A DNA stretch of 60,136 nt, the filler included, from Sphacelaria rigidula (lineage: Eukaryota), in the NCBI GenBank assembly GCA_964200075.2. It is 6 parts of 6 records of this genome, joined end to end, with 100 filler letters (N's around TTAATTAATTAA, not from the genome) between each part and the next. Parts side by side here need not be neighbours in the genome. Positions count along the whole stretch, not along the records: positions 10,041 to 19,980 come from CAXNAA020007446.1; positions 20,081 to 30,020 come from CAXNAA020007447.1; 4 more parts are not named here. One strand, written 5' to 3'. A model generated the notes under the pieces. The model was given only the letters and a program-made list of their open reading frames with translations. It was not told where the DNA came from and ran no database searches. The position numbers and the translations under genes are program-made. Positions 10,400 through 22,350 of this stretch are shown one piece after another; positions within the stretch are counted from its first letter, which is position 1, and the number at the start of each line of letters is the position of its first letter.

Positions 10400-12000
10400 A
10401 ACATGAAGAAATACATAGCAATACATCACATTGGGGAAAGGGTGCAATGAAGGGAGGAATTGTACACGTTCCGCCGTTTCCTCCCTGCTCTCCTCGATCG
10501 CAGTTGTTCCATCAGTCGGACCTTTACACGATCATTCCCCTGTTCGCCCCCTTGTTCATCCCCCCTTTCCGGTTAGTCGTCGTCTGTGTTGTGCTGAGCT
10601 CTGCTGTCCAGTTTACTCGCACGTAGTTGGCCGGCCTCCTCTTCGTCTTGTGTCGTGATTACAGACACCTCTCCGCTCCCCGCAGCACCCTCAGGCTGTA
10701 CAGCATCCACACCTTGTTTTTCACTGCTGTAGTCCAGAGGACGCTGTCAACTCCAAACCTTCCTCGGTTGTCGTCCATAGAGCTGTCTGTGACTCCGACT
10801 TCTTCGAGATACCCCCTCAGGCGTTTCAACCAGTGCTGATCCGGGCACCCTGTACCTGGATCCTGATCTTCACCTCCCACGAGTTTTCCGAACGCCAGCG
10901 GCTTCGGGAGTCTTCCACCTGGTTGTCTAGCCAAGACTCCTGCAAACAGCAGTTGCCGTTGCCGATCGATGGGTTCAGAAGATTCAGCACCGGTCCTCTT
11001 GAGGGCCTGGGCGTACGAAAAGTGTCGATACATGCCACGCACACGGTGTTACTCGATAAGTCGCGAAAGGAGCCGGTGGTGTGTCCTTCGCAGTAGGTGG
11101 TGGTGTTATGCGGAGCCCACGCCATGCGTCCGTACAGTGGGGCCTTGAGTCTCCATGGTGCTCTCGGTCGGTCGAAGAGCTCCCCGGAGACGTTCCTCAC
11201 GCACGATCTCGGGTTCGGCGAGGTCGTTGATCTTGTGTAGTTCTACAGGGAAGGAGTCGTCTCCCGGCGCCTTCCAGTTGTGCATCCCCCGGACTTTCCA
11301 TCTGGTCCCCTCCAGCGTTGGTGCTGACCCAAGTGGTACCGAATCTTCGGTGGATGGTCCTGCCGGTCGGTGCTTCACCTCCTCGATGGGGGCCAGGGTC
11401 AGCATGGGCGATTCGTCTTTGAGGAGTGTGTCGAATAATCTCGCCCACTGTTCTAGGATCTCTCCCCTGGATCACCGTTCTCGTCCTTGACAAAGTGCTG
11501 TCCCCCTGATCGCCTCCCGCCAAGGCCCACCGAACTCTTGAGGTGTTGGTATAGGCCCCTTATGTCACGATCCTATGTGGATCGCTTCCAGTATTTCCAC
11601 TTTCCCAGATGAACGTGGATACCGTCGTCTTTTGCATGCTGCTCTGGGTACCTTCCACGTTATCGGGGTCCGACTTTTCTCCATCAGTCGGCGTGCGTTT
11701 GGCAAGAGCTGTCTTTACCGCTGTTCTTGTTTTCCCGGATTTTTACACTACTCCTGTGTACATGGTATCCGCGTCTCTTCCGGAAGTGCAATCTGCGCTT
11801 GATAGCTTTGGTGAAATCCCTGGCGATCGCCGGTGCGGTAGTGCTTGGCTGGCATGCTCGCTCGACGAGGTCGTATAGGAACCTCTCCATCACGGTATAG
11901 TATGCGTATCCGTGTGCCGACCTGTGGTTGATGACACATGACGCCCAGCACCTGAAAAAAATGGTGTCGGAGGAGGCTGGGGATCCGGCGATTACATTAC
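10400..12000 (-). mobile_element. RTE-type LINE relic, frameshifted, RT domain internally deleted
   Basis: Pre-RT linker (APTLE..RW.VRGMHNWKAPGDDSFPVEL) joined near 11195 to post-RT motifs (LYGRMAW, RQLLFAG, RLPKPLAFGKL, WTTA). Boundaries approximate. Confidence 0.8.
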
Positions 12001-12977
12001 ACACTGGGAATCAAGTCGCAAGAGATATGCCTGTGGATTTCCAGTCGTGCCCGACCAGGCGTCTGCACTGGTGACGAGAGTCACGTGTGGGGTGTATGGC
12101 CGCGTGGGCGTTTATTCCGCATGTGCGTTGTCATGTTTGTTGTCTACAATTGTAGTAATCACTGCTGTTTTTATCTTGTTTCTAATGTTTTCGTGGTAAT
12201 TGCACCTGCCCTCGATACCTTGGGGATGAGTTCGCAGCGTCAAGAGACCAACGCATCTCTTTCCCGATTCTGGCTCTGCAGGGCACCATGACATGTTGCA
12301 CCAGCACCCCATCGGCTGGTTAGCTGTCGTGGCATAGACTTATGCGTTCAGTTTGCGGAGGCATGTCGCCATGACGTTGTCGAACGACAGAAGTCAGGAG
12401 GATTACCTTCTCTCTACAGTCGGTATTTGGACCCACCAAGCCTACCTCGTGCCAAGGTTGACGGAGCAGTTTCACCACCGGGGCGCGGCGGCATCGCACG
12501 GTACCCTTGTGTGAGCATTCCTTGTGTCAACGGCAATGGTACAGGAGGTTAATGTGTTCGTCCTGTGTCAGAAACGGCCATACCACGTCGATAGCACCAA
12601 GTCCCGTCGGGCGAGACTACTGTAGCGGTGACGGAAGTCACGCGTGGGGGGTATTGTGTGACCGTGTGGCTGTTCATTCCGCATGTATATTGCCATGCGT
12701 GTTGTCCACAGTTGTAGTAATTAGACAATGTTTTGGGTGCCTTATCGGCAGCTCGTGCTCACCTCGTAACAGCGCACGATTCCGAGGACTAGTGCACTAC
12801 GTGACGTTGTGTATCTAGGTCGCACCTCTTGACACCATCCGTCGAGCCCTGCATCACTGTATGCTTTCTCCTCGGAGGTGGCTTCTCCCGAAACTTGAAC
12901 GGGTTCGCTACTCCGTCCCGGCTATTGTATGCCTTTGAGGTTCGAGATGTCGAGCCATCCCCCGGGCGGGGGGGGGG

Positions 12978-13043
12978 GTACTCATTTGTTGCTTGCCTTG
13001 GTCGTTTGAACACTGACCACGCATCCCTTTCGAGACGGAGCAA
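12978..13043 (-). mobile_element. LINE 3'-end fragment
   Basis: Encodes APSRKGCVVSVQTTKASNK* then GAGTAC and a C-run. Confidence 0.7.
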
Positions 13044-14052
13044 TCCCCAGGGAATGTTGACGTACCTTTCTCTCCAGCAACAGAGATCCGCAAGGGTCCA
13101 GCATATCGAGTCTTGCTGAGGGGAGTTCTTCGAAGCTCGCGGGAAAAATTGGCTGAGTGATGTCTGGGTCATGTCTCCGGTGGTGATATCTACAGCCAAA
13201 CGTAGGGATCCGGAGCGAGGAAATGCTTCTGGGGTAACCCATGACTCGAACCTCGAGCGGGAGGATGGTGCGACATCGCAACAATGTCGCGCTATCGTGC
13301 TGCTCGCGATTCGTGTCTGGGGTTCCCCGAGAATCTCCTCGCTCCGGATGCGTACATTCGGTGGTGGATATCGCCGCCGAAGATGTTATCCCAACCTCAC
13401 CCTGGTACAGTTTCTCCCGCAAGCTGCGAAGAAGTGCCTTGGGGAAGACTCGGTATGTCGGAACTTTGCGGATCTCTTCTCAGCTCGAGAAACGGAACAT
13501 CGATCAGGTGTCGTTCTCCAATCAACGACGCATATCATCGGCGTTCATCGGCGGTTGTTTCTGGCTGAGACGTCGTCCCGCTTTAAATCTTGGTGGTGCA
13601 GTACATGCGCTAGGATGCTGCGTTGTGCGTGGATTGAGTGAGAGAGTGATCGATGAGCGCAGTCGACGACTTGGTATCGCATGTTGGGCGAATATATCTG
13701 AGCCCAATATGTCTGGGTCCACAGTGTCAAGGGACCAGCGCATCTTTCTCCCGATGCTTGCTTTGCACGGCACCATGGAACATTGGACCAGCGCTCTCTC
13801 GGCTGGTCAGCTCTTGTGGCATGGATTTGTGTGTGATTTTTGCGGAGAAGCCTCGCTGTAACGTTGTCGAGCGGCGAAAACCAGGAAAACACCCGCCTCG
13901 ATACTGTCGAGATTGGCACCTGCTAAACCTGCCCCAGGCCAATGTCGATGGAGTAGTTTGTATCACCCGGTCGCGGCGGCGTTGTCGCGTTTTGTGAGCG
14001 TCTGTTGTGTCAGGGTTGAGGGTACAGTAGGTTAGTGTAGCCATATCAGATA

Positions 14053-14170
14053 AGGAACGGCCACATCACATCGATACCGCCACATCCCGTCTGCTCTGTG
14101 AAGATAAGCGAGGTCGGGCCAGGTTAGTACTACGGTGGGGGACCACGTGGGAAGCTCTGGTTCGATTTTT
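14053..14170 (+). rRNA. 5S: 5S rRNA, divergent dispersed copy (likely pseudogene)
   Basis: 118-nt AGGAACGGCC...CCACATCCCGTC.GCTCTGTGAAG.TAAGC...GTTAGTACTACGGTGGGGGACCACGTGGGAAG ending in a T-run. Resembles brown-algal 5S as I recall it; the 3' strand of helix I is degenerate. Confidence 0.85.
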
Positions 14171-15422
14171 TCTCACGTGCAACTCACATGCATACGGAGA
14201 GCTATACTTTTTACTATAATGTGCGGAAATAATAATAGTAATAATGATTATTTTCGTCACATAAGCTCGATCTCTCGAACCCGTGGTCACAGAGTGCAAG
14301 GACCATACCACACACCACCCATACCCATGAATCAAACAGCCACCAGGGGAAGGCAAGAAACAGAACATGTACACGAAAAAGGGCACCTACACTACGATAA
14401 ATCCGTGCTTGACCGATTGAACTACAAGAGACCTGCTGGAGTCTAAAAAGTCCCGGCGTGTGATCTCTCCGACTACCTCGCCGCGTACGGTACAACACAA
14501 GGTAGTAACAGTGAGTGAGCCGATAACCAAAATGGTCGCGTAGAACAGAGACCAATCCCAAAAATAGATGTACTCTCTAGAGTGCTGCTCAAAGAGATCC
14601 TCTACAGAGCCTGCGCACCGGAGACTGAACAACGCCAGATATGAAGATCCAAAAAATACCAGAAAAAATGAAGACCCGATGGCAACGAGGAGGAAAAATC
14701 AGGATCGGCGATTTCCCTCGGGTTCTGGTCAAGTAGCATCGTCATGAAAACACAACAGACAGGGCGTGTCTAGCCTACACACGGCATAGCGCTATCAGCA
14801 AAAAACATGATCTGTTTAGAGTGTCCTATGTTCAACCATTGAAACATGGGATGCCATCTGTATGAAGTATCTACAACAGACAACTATATCAAAAACTCAA
14901 CAGAAGAAAGTATCCCGCCCTCAACGAAAATTAGCCGCCTGCTCTGCTCTTCTCTGCTGCAAGGTCATCTTCGAAGTCGACCTCCTGACGCTCCCATCTG
15001 TCCTCACCAGCGTCCATGGCCAACCCAACCGCCCATCCTTGCCGGTGTCCATGATCCCAAACAGTGCCCCGTTTGCTTCCTTTCGTGATGAAACACTTCC
15101 TCCTTCGTTATGCACTCTGGTTCTAGTCTGTAGTGTCTCGTCCAGCAGGCTCGACCAGACCTAACCTGTCCGTCGACCACCGCTTCTCCTCCGTCCTTGC
15201 CGCCGAAACCAGTCTACACACCGGCACACGCTCCTTTGTATCAAGGGTGTGCGTGTCAGCTGTCGACAGCGGTGTCAACTGCCTCCGCGCACACACCGAA
15301 TCCCAACATGCCCGCACTCAGAGTGTTGACAATTCATGCTGCATTACAACGGGGGTAGGTGTGCGTGATGAGCACCGTGCTGACCCAACTCTACCACCGC
15401 ACCACGGCCTATTAGTAATGAA

Positions 15423-15679
15423 GAGTGATGCTACGGTAGGGGTACACAAATATTTTTTGAGGTTAGATATGCTAGGAGCCCTTTTTGTAATCCAAAACAC
15501 GATTTATGAATGAATGCGAGAGTACGCCAGGATTACTATTCCGATGTGTTGGAGATATCCCGAATAAGTATGCAAACGGGGATGCCCTGGCCCGTATTCT
15601 TGTGCGTCAAAAATCATAAGGAGCCCCTGAACCAGACAAAATTTCGCGAAAAAAGGGCACCCCTACCGTAGCATTGCTC
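15423..15679. mobile_element. Sola-like MITE (4-bp TSD TGAA)
   Basis: TIR GAGTGATGCTACGGTAGGGG / CCCCTACCGTAGCATTGCTC; TGAA on both flanks. A partial third copy lies at 50199-50268. Confidence 0.8.
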
Positions 15680-16761
15680 TGAAATAAAACTGCACTATTT
15701 TCCCTCGTTCAGCCTCTTGACTTTTTCGACCGTTCATCATTTCAGAGACAGTAATGCATACTGCAATGTTCGACGAAGCTTCTTCTCAACACTCGAAAAC
15801 AAAATGAAGAGTTCGTCATAGAAGTCCAGTTCCGTGATCGTAGCTGGTATACAGTTGACATGGTCCCATCCGAGACACGCAGGGTTGAGGAAAAAATAGT
15901 CGAGATCGTTTATGAATGTACACTCGTTTAGGCCTTTGTTGAACGGTTTCATGTCTCAAAATGGATTAGGCAGCCGACAGCCGAACACACGGCGACCTAG
16001 AAAGGTGCCACAAGTCACTGCACTAAAGAAAACGTTCTCCCTACCCCTGCACAAGAGAACGTGTGTTCATCTAGGAGCATGACAACAACAAAAAAAATCC
16101 ATAGTCCTCGCCCCAAATTCAGTCTGCATCGAAGGAAAAAAAAATCGTCAAAGGATTTGAAACTTTTTGTTCAGACCTGTTACGGATCAGAGAAGCCCCA
16201 GTCAGGGCGAGTATTGCTCAACACATCGCGCGTCCAGTCTGAAACGGTTGTTGCTGTTGTTGTTGTTGTTGTTGTTGTTGTCTTCACATAAAAAAACCGT
16301 TCCGATATCTGCGCGGCACATTCGTACTGGGCATCTGATGCGGACGCCTCCCGTGGTCACAGGCTAGCAGAAAACCAAAAAAACAAACGGTGTACGGATA
16401 TATCCTGGGAACAGCCCCGTAATAGATTTTTTTTCAACTTTACGCATGCTTTCCATTTGAGCCAGGTTATGATTCCATTTCCGGGCATATGCTTGTTGAG
16501 CACGTCAACAGAACGTACGTTTGTACAGAAAATGGAGGAACATTGGGTGATGACCAACCAGAACTGATAGTGCATGTTTCGTGTTCCAAGGACCATATGG
16601 TTCGACGATTCATTCGAAGCACGAACGACGTAATTGGTCGAGAGTGTTTATGGCAGGCTTCCCGCCGATACCCGTTCACTGTGTACCTTATTTTTGGTGG
16701 TGTGTAGGGAATAGCCAAAACCCTCCGATAATATTGTTCCAAAATACGTTTTTCGGGCGTA

Positions 16762-17046
16762 TTGGGATCTTCGAACCTGCAAGATAAGAAGGCGAATCTC
16801 TGCGTTGGAACGCCATCGAAAATAAAGTTCATTGGACAGAGGTTTCCGCTCGGCGCTTTGTAAGCGCCGAACCACCAAGGATGAAAACCTGAACGTGCCT
16901 CAGGTTGGAATCCTCGAACCTGCAAGACAAGAAGGCGAGTCTCTGCGTTCGAACGCCATCGAAAATAAAGTTCATTGGACAGGGGTTTCCACTCGGCGCT
17001 TTGTAAGCGCCGAACCACCAAGAATAAGAACCTGAGCGTGCCTCAG
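16762..17046. repeat. Tandem duplication, 2 x ~142 bp
   Basis: Two near-identical copies of TCGAACCTGCAAGA...AACCTGA.CGTGCCTCAG. Confidence 0.85.
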
Positions 17047-19348
17047 ATGATATGTGCTTTCCGCCACTGTACAGGGTTGAACTGTACGCGACTTTCCTAG
17101 TACGGAATCACTAACCTCTGGCCCGTTAGATGTTTCTCAATTCAGAAGCCGAGGGGAGACTACTCGTGATTCCATTATTTTTTTATTGTCAACATTTTTC
17201 ATTTTTTTATCATCATGAAACCCTCTCTTACGGTTGGTGTTTTCCTTTCGTACTTTCAAAAAAATACCAAGAAGAAGAACGTGTACGTAGTTCGACAAGA
17301 AACATAGAGCCTTTATTACGGTTCCACGTACTGTTTTCGGGGGAGGGTGGGGGGGGGGGGTCGAGCGGGGGGGGTACTACAAGAGCGGGAGGGTACCGAA
17401 AGTACGGTGTACGGGATACAAAGGGATATGCACGCCAAGGCGGGGTACGCAGGCTTCACCGCGCCAAGCTCTTCGTGTTGGAGGAAGAAGACGTGCAACA
17501 TGGACCTCCCTCGATGGCTGCTGCCCCAGTTCGTACTGTGTGCAAACTGACATCTAATACGTACTCTATGCGGCAGTACAGACAGTACTGCACTCTCTAG
17601 TCCATCTAGTAACTGTCTATACCCCACGCTGTCCACATCATTTTTGTTACAGCCGCTGTACCGCTGTGTGCAAACTGACATCAGCATACTACGGGGAAAA
17701 AGCGGTCGTACAGACAGTACTGTACTGCTTAGTACTGTTTGTGCTGCCCGTTTTTCAGACCATTTTTGGTGAAGCCGCTCTTCTCATTGTGTGTATACTG
17801 ACACTTACCTTCTGTGCTGTGCGCGGGAGTACGGACTGTACTGTCTGTGCGGGACGTTTTCGACAGCACGGTTGATGCCAACAGATCATCAACCCCTAGC
17901 GCCATCTCGCGTGCGCCGGGATGGCGAAGCGAAGCTGGCTAGGACGTAAACAGCGGTGGGGGGGGAAGTTGTTTTCCTTATGTCTTGGCATTGGTTCGGC
18001 GACCTTCTACCTTACTGATTTTCCCACACTGAACTGCCCCGCCTGACACATCACACAGGCAATCGTGTAGGCCAATGTGTTGTGAAATAGCTTCTAGAAA
18101 CTGCAACCACCATAAGCATGTGGGAAAATTCTTCCCACCCCTGCACAAAATATCGATTCTTCTCGAACACAGAGTAGAGCCTTTTTCGTGGAATTTTTGT
18201 ACAAATACCGACCGTAAGAAAAAGTCTTGATATCAATACAGTATATTGATATAGTGTGTTATCATCAATACACTAACTTCTGACAAAATTATTATTTTCA
18301 TTTCTGGCCAACGTGAGGACTGTGCTCGTGCTCTAGGGGTAGAGTCCACGTTGGTGGGTGCGGGTGTAGTGTGGAGCACCCAAGGTTGCATGGGGTTTGG
18401 AGTGTCGTCTTTTTTGGATAAGTCTATGAGTTTCTCATCTGATGCGAAGGCTTACTGTGTTAAACTTGGTGTGGTGGTCGTCGCCGGGGCTGACCATTTT
18501 TTTTTTCCCGGAAATATTAACCTGATTTCATCACAATCTCGTTTCTTATGAGCGGGGCGCCACTTTAGTCTATTGAACAGTTCATGGACGAGATGACGCA
18601 CACTCTAACATTCTGGCACGACAAAATTTGTTTTCCATGATCGGAATGTTTGATGAAGCAACGGTGAGTGGAAACGGTCGAAAACGCCTCGCCACTTCGC
18701 TGATGACAACGGCAGGGGAAGAAACCGAGAAAAGTACGCCATTTATTTACTTTATTTGAGCGTGTGCAACCATCGCAGTTCCGGTTGAGAAGGCGTGTGA
18801 TTCGTTTTTTCGCGGACGCGCAACTTGAATTCGCGCAGTAAGTGACAGATCAGCTGATTTTGAGAAAAGAGGCATATATAGAAGAATAAATTGATTATTT
18901 TTTGTTGTCGTTCTTTTTCATTTGATGCTCTTCTTGACCCTTTTGGGATCGACCCCCCACTATAACAGGGTTGACCATGTGCTGATGAAGCAATGAAAAG
19001 TAAGTCAGGGAGCAACCTGCCCAATCACAGCGGAGCGAAATCTATCGACCAGACCCGAACGACCAACGCGGGGACTGTTACCGAGTGTGATGTCACTGCA
19101 AAGATCGTGTGGAGGGCCCTATCCCTGGCCCAGATAAGCCTTCCAAGCTATTCAAATCCCAGATGCTCGGGGCATGGCTTATCACAATATTTGCATTCAG
19201 TGTAACGTTCCCGGGATTTCCGGGGAGTTTTTTGGGGTCGCCAGCCTGTACTAAAACGTAGTAATTACACCAACAGAGGTTGAAGGGGGAAACACCGGGG
19301 AGGAGTGTACATGCCACCATGTGGTTATTTTCACGAGTCACTAAACCC

Positions 19349-19980
19349 AGGTGAGACGTGGAAAGACGAAAGGAGCTATCGTCATGAAATATGCTTTTTC
19401 CTCTGCCGATGCCTTGCAGAACACAGTAAACATGCATGTAGTGGGCAGGGACGAAGAAACGGTATATAGGCGGCTGATTTCGGTAGCTAATAACTGCCCA
19501 GAGCGCGCAAGGGAGTATGCAACGGTAGCTGCTGCTGACGTCGGAGATGCGCACTGCACTGCACTGCACTGCACTGCACTGTACTGTACTGTACTGTACT
19601 GTACTGTACTGTACAGGTGGGACGTGGAAAGACGAAAGGAGTTATCGTCATGAAATATGCTTATCCCTCTGCCGATGCCTTGCAGAACACAATAAACATG
19701 CATGTTGTGGGCAGGGACGAAGAAACGGTATATAGGCGGCTGATTTCGGTAACTCATAACTGCCCAGAGCGCGCAAGGGAGTATGCAGCGGTAGCTGCTG
19801 CTGACGTCGGAGATGCGCACTGCACTGCACTCTACTCTACTCTACTCTACTCTACTCTACTCTACTCTACTCTACTCTACTCTACTCTACTCTACTCTAC
19901 TCTACTCTACTCTACTCTACTCTACTCTACTCTACTCTACTCTACTCTACTCTACTCTACTCTACTCTACTGTACTGTAC
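19349..19980. repeat. Tandem duplication of a ~266-bp unit ending in pentanucleotide microsatellite
   Basis: Units start at 19349 and 19615; tails are (CACTG)n(TACTG)n and (CACTG)n(TACTC)n. Confidence 0.85.
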
Positions 19981-20707
19981 NNNNNNNNNNNNNNNNNNNN
20001 NNNNNNNNNNNNNNNNNNNNNNNNTTAATTAATTAANNNNNNNNNNNNNNNNNNNNNNNNNNNNNNNNNNNNNNNNNNNNATTCCCGTGGAAATACCGCG
20101 GTATTTTTCCCGCGGGAATATTCCCGAGAGGAGCCTTGGATATTTTGGGGGAGGGGGGCTGGAAGCCCCATTTGTGTGGGGGACCGCACAGACCGCACAG
20201 CGTGCGCAGCACGCGTGTGCTTGCTTCAGTCGGCGGCACTTCTGTCTGTTGTAGGACACCATGTCTACCCCCCGCTTCGACCGACGGATTCTTCTTTATT
20301 GTGTGCGTTGAGTTGAGGTTAAGGTTGGGCTTAGCCTTGGTGTTTGACAGTAACACAGTATGTCCGTTGTTGTTGTTATCTTCATTTTGAAAACCGTTTC
20401 GAAGTCTACGCAGTACTCTGTACTGGTCATCTCATGCTAACTACCCCCCAAAAAAAGATGTAGGGGAAAAAAAAAATCGGACTCAGTAAAGTTACCCAGA
20501 CGCGATATGTTCAACCGTGTAAATTGTCGACTCGTTCGCGTTAACGTCCCTCATGGTGAGGGCTTTTCGATATGTGGGCAGGGGGTGGTGAAGTGAGTGC
20601 CCCGAAGACATGGTTTTTGTTGTTCTTTTTTTTTCTTCGTTCTTCGATCATCTTTTTTTTTTTTTCCATGTTTTTCGTGTTCGTTGTTGTGTCGCTGGGT
20701 GTGCCAG

Positions 20708-20884
20708 GTGACGTATGAGGCGGAGCACTTTATCGAAAAAAATGCGGACAGGCTACACCGAGATCTCGTGTCGCTGCTCGCCCACTCCTCCAACCCTTTG
20801 GCTCGAGAGCTGTTCAAAACGGCTGCCGCAGACGAGCTCAAGACCCGTCGCCACCCCTCTCTCAGCGTGCAATTCAAGCGTCAG
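20708..20884 (+). CDS. Class I myosin motor domain, exon a
   Basis: cag|GTG...CAG|gtactt, 59 codons: VTYEAEHFIEKNADRLHRDLVSLLAHSSNPLARELF...SLSVQFKRQ (myosin VxY...F+xKNxD motif). Confidence 0.9.
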
Positions 20885-21111
20885 GTACTTGCTCCTATTT
20901 TGATGCATGTTTATGTTTTTTGTGATGACTATTACATGGTTACACTGACTTCCGGGGGGGCGTGGGGGGGGGGGGGGGGGGGGTGGTTTTTTTGAAGAGG
21001 CCCAATAGGCTTTAAAGCTTCGGGGTGTTGATTATCACAAGAAAAANNNNNNNNNNTCTTTCTTTTTTTGGTTTGTGTTTTGTTTTTTGTGGGGGGGCGG
21101 TGTACGCGGTT

Positions 21112-21148
<37 letters not shown>

Positions 21149-21256
21149 CGTGGACATTTGCAACAGGCCCAATAGCGCTATAAACTCACGGGTTGTGACT
21201 ATCATAGCGAAAGACCGAACACTACAGGCTGGTTCACGCATAATACCCAAAAAATA

Positions 21257-22170
21257 ACACTCGTCGGCAAAACTTCACGCCATTGTAAGGAGTCAGACCC
21301 TGAAATTTTGCACGAATGTGCTATGGATCACTACGCAACTTTCGAAGGTCAAGTTTTTTTTTTCAACGTTTTTACTTGTTTCACCGACTTTCGGAGAAAC
21401 CTCATTCATTCAAAGTTGCGTCATGATCCATCGCATATTTGTGTAAAAAATCAGGATCTAACGCCTCAATACGGCATGGAATTTTTCGCGTCTGTGCGAT
21501 AAAACTTGCCGTGCCATGGTGAAACAACACACTACTTGATTTTAGTTGGGAAAAAAAATGGCGTTTTTGGGCCTTCTTTGACGTGAACTTGAAAATTCAA
21601 GCATCGGTTAATCGAGTTTGGCCACGAAACTCCGTGGGGTCCTTCCTTGGGTTATGCGGCAACAGGTCGTTTGCGAAAGGAATGAACAAAAAGGAGTGCC
21701 GGCTTTCCGGGATCGCATACTGTAATGGAGACTACTTCGAAAAAACAACTTGGATCCTGTCGGACTCCCGAAAAACGGTGAAAAATCAAGAAGAAAAAAA
21801 AGCTCGCCCATCGAAACTTGCGTAAATCCATAGCACACTTGTGCAAAGTTTCTCTTTTCCATTTAGAGCATCAGTACCCACGGAACTGCCAAGTTTGAGG
21901 GTAATCTGAGCTTTTCTACAGATATAAGGGAAACCGTCACGAGGCTCCCTGGGTCTTTCGTGAGGATCATTAGCGGAAATTAAACGACGTCAAAACTCCA
22001 CATCACCGAAACAGCACGGTTTCGGGTATGTTTCGACCCCGTTTGAACCGCTCACAAATCTGTTTCTCCCGTTAGATTCCCGAGCTGATGGCGTTTACTA
22101 CGATTTGAAGCATGTGGAGATTCGGTGGAAATTATGCTTGAAATTAGTTGTTCGATTTCAGAACAATTCG
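21257..22170. repeat. Dispersed repeat, copy 1 (continues at 24175-24390); copy 2 at 25319-26860
   Basis: Blocks 21257-21860, 21885-22170 and 24175-24390 match 25319-25980, 26310-26590 and 26645-26860. Confidence 0.7.
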
Positions 22171-22350
22171 AAGGGCGCTGATTGGCCGAGACATATTTTC
22201 GTCCATAGCGCCACCGCTGTACGTAGCCTTGAACAAAAATTCGGCTGTCACCCTCTTCGTCTGTTCATTGCGGTCAGTATGATACCATGTATGCAACTGT
22301 TGGTTGCGTATTGCGGGCGGCATTTGCTAATGATAGAATTTCGAATTTTG

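Noticed and set aside
17390-17500. GYARQGGVRRLH resembling WRKY19-like zinc-finger repeats
   Set aside because: The cysteines are missing, it is a single short match, and there is no exon support.
20950-21210. Duplicated sequence around poly-G runs and a 10-N gap
   Set aside because: Likely error-rich read ends scaffolded across a G homopolymer; similar low-quality sequence occurs at 27700-27850 and 45500-45660.
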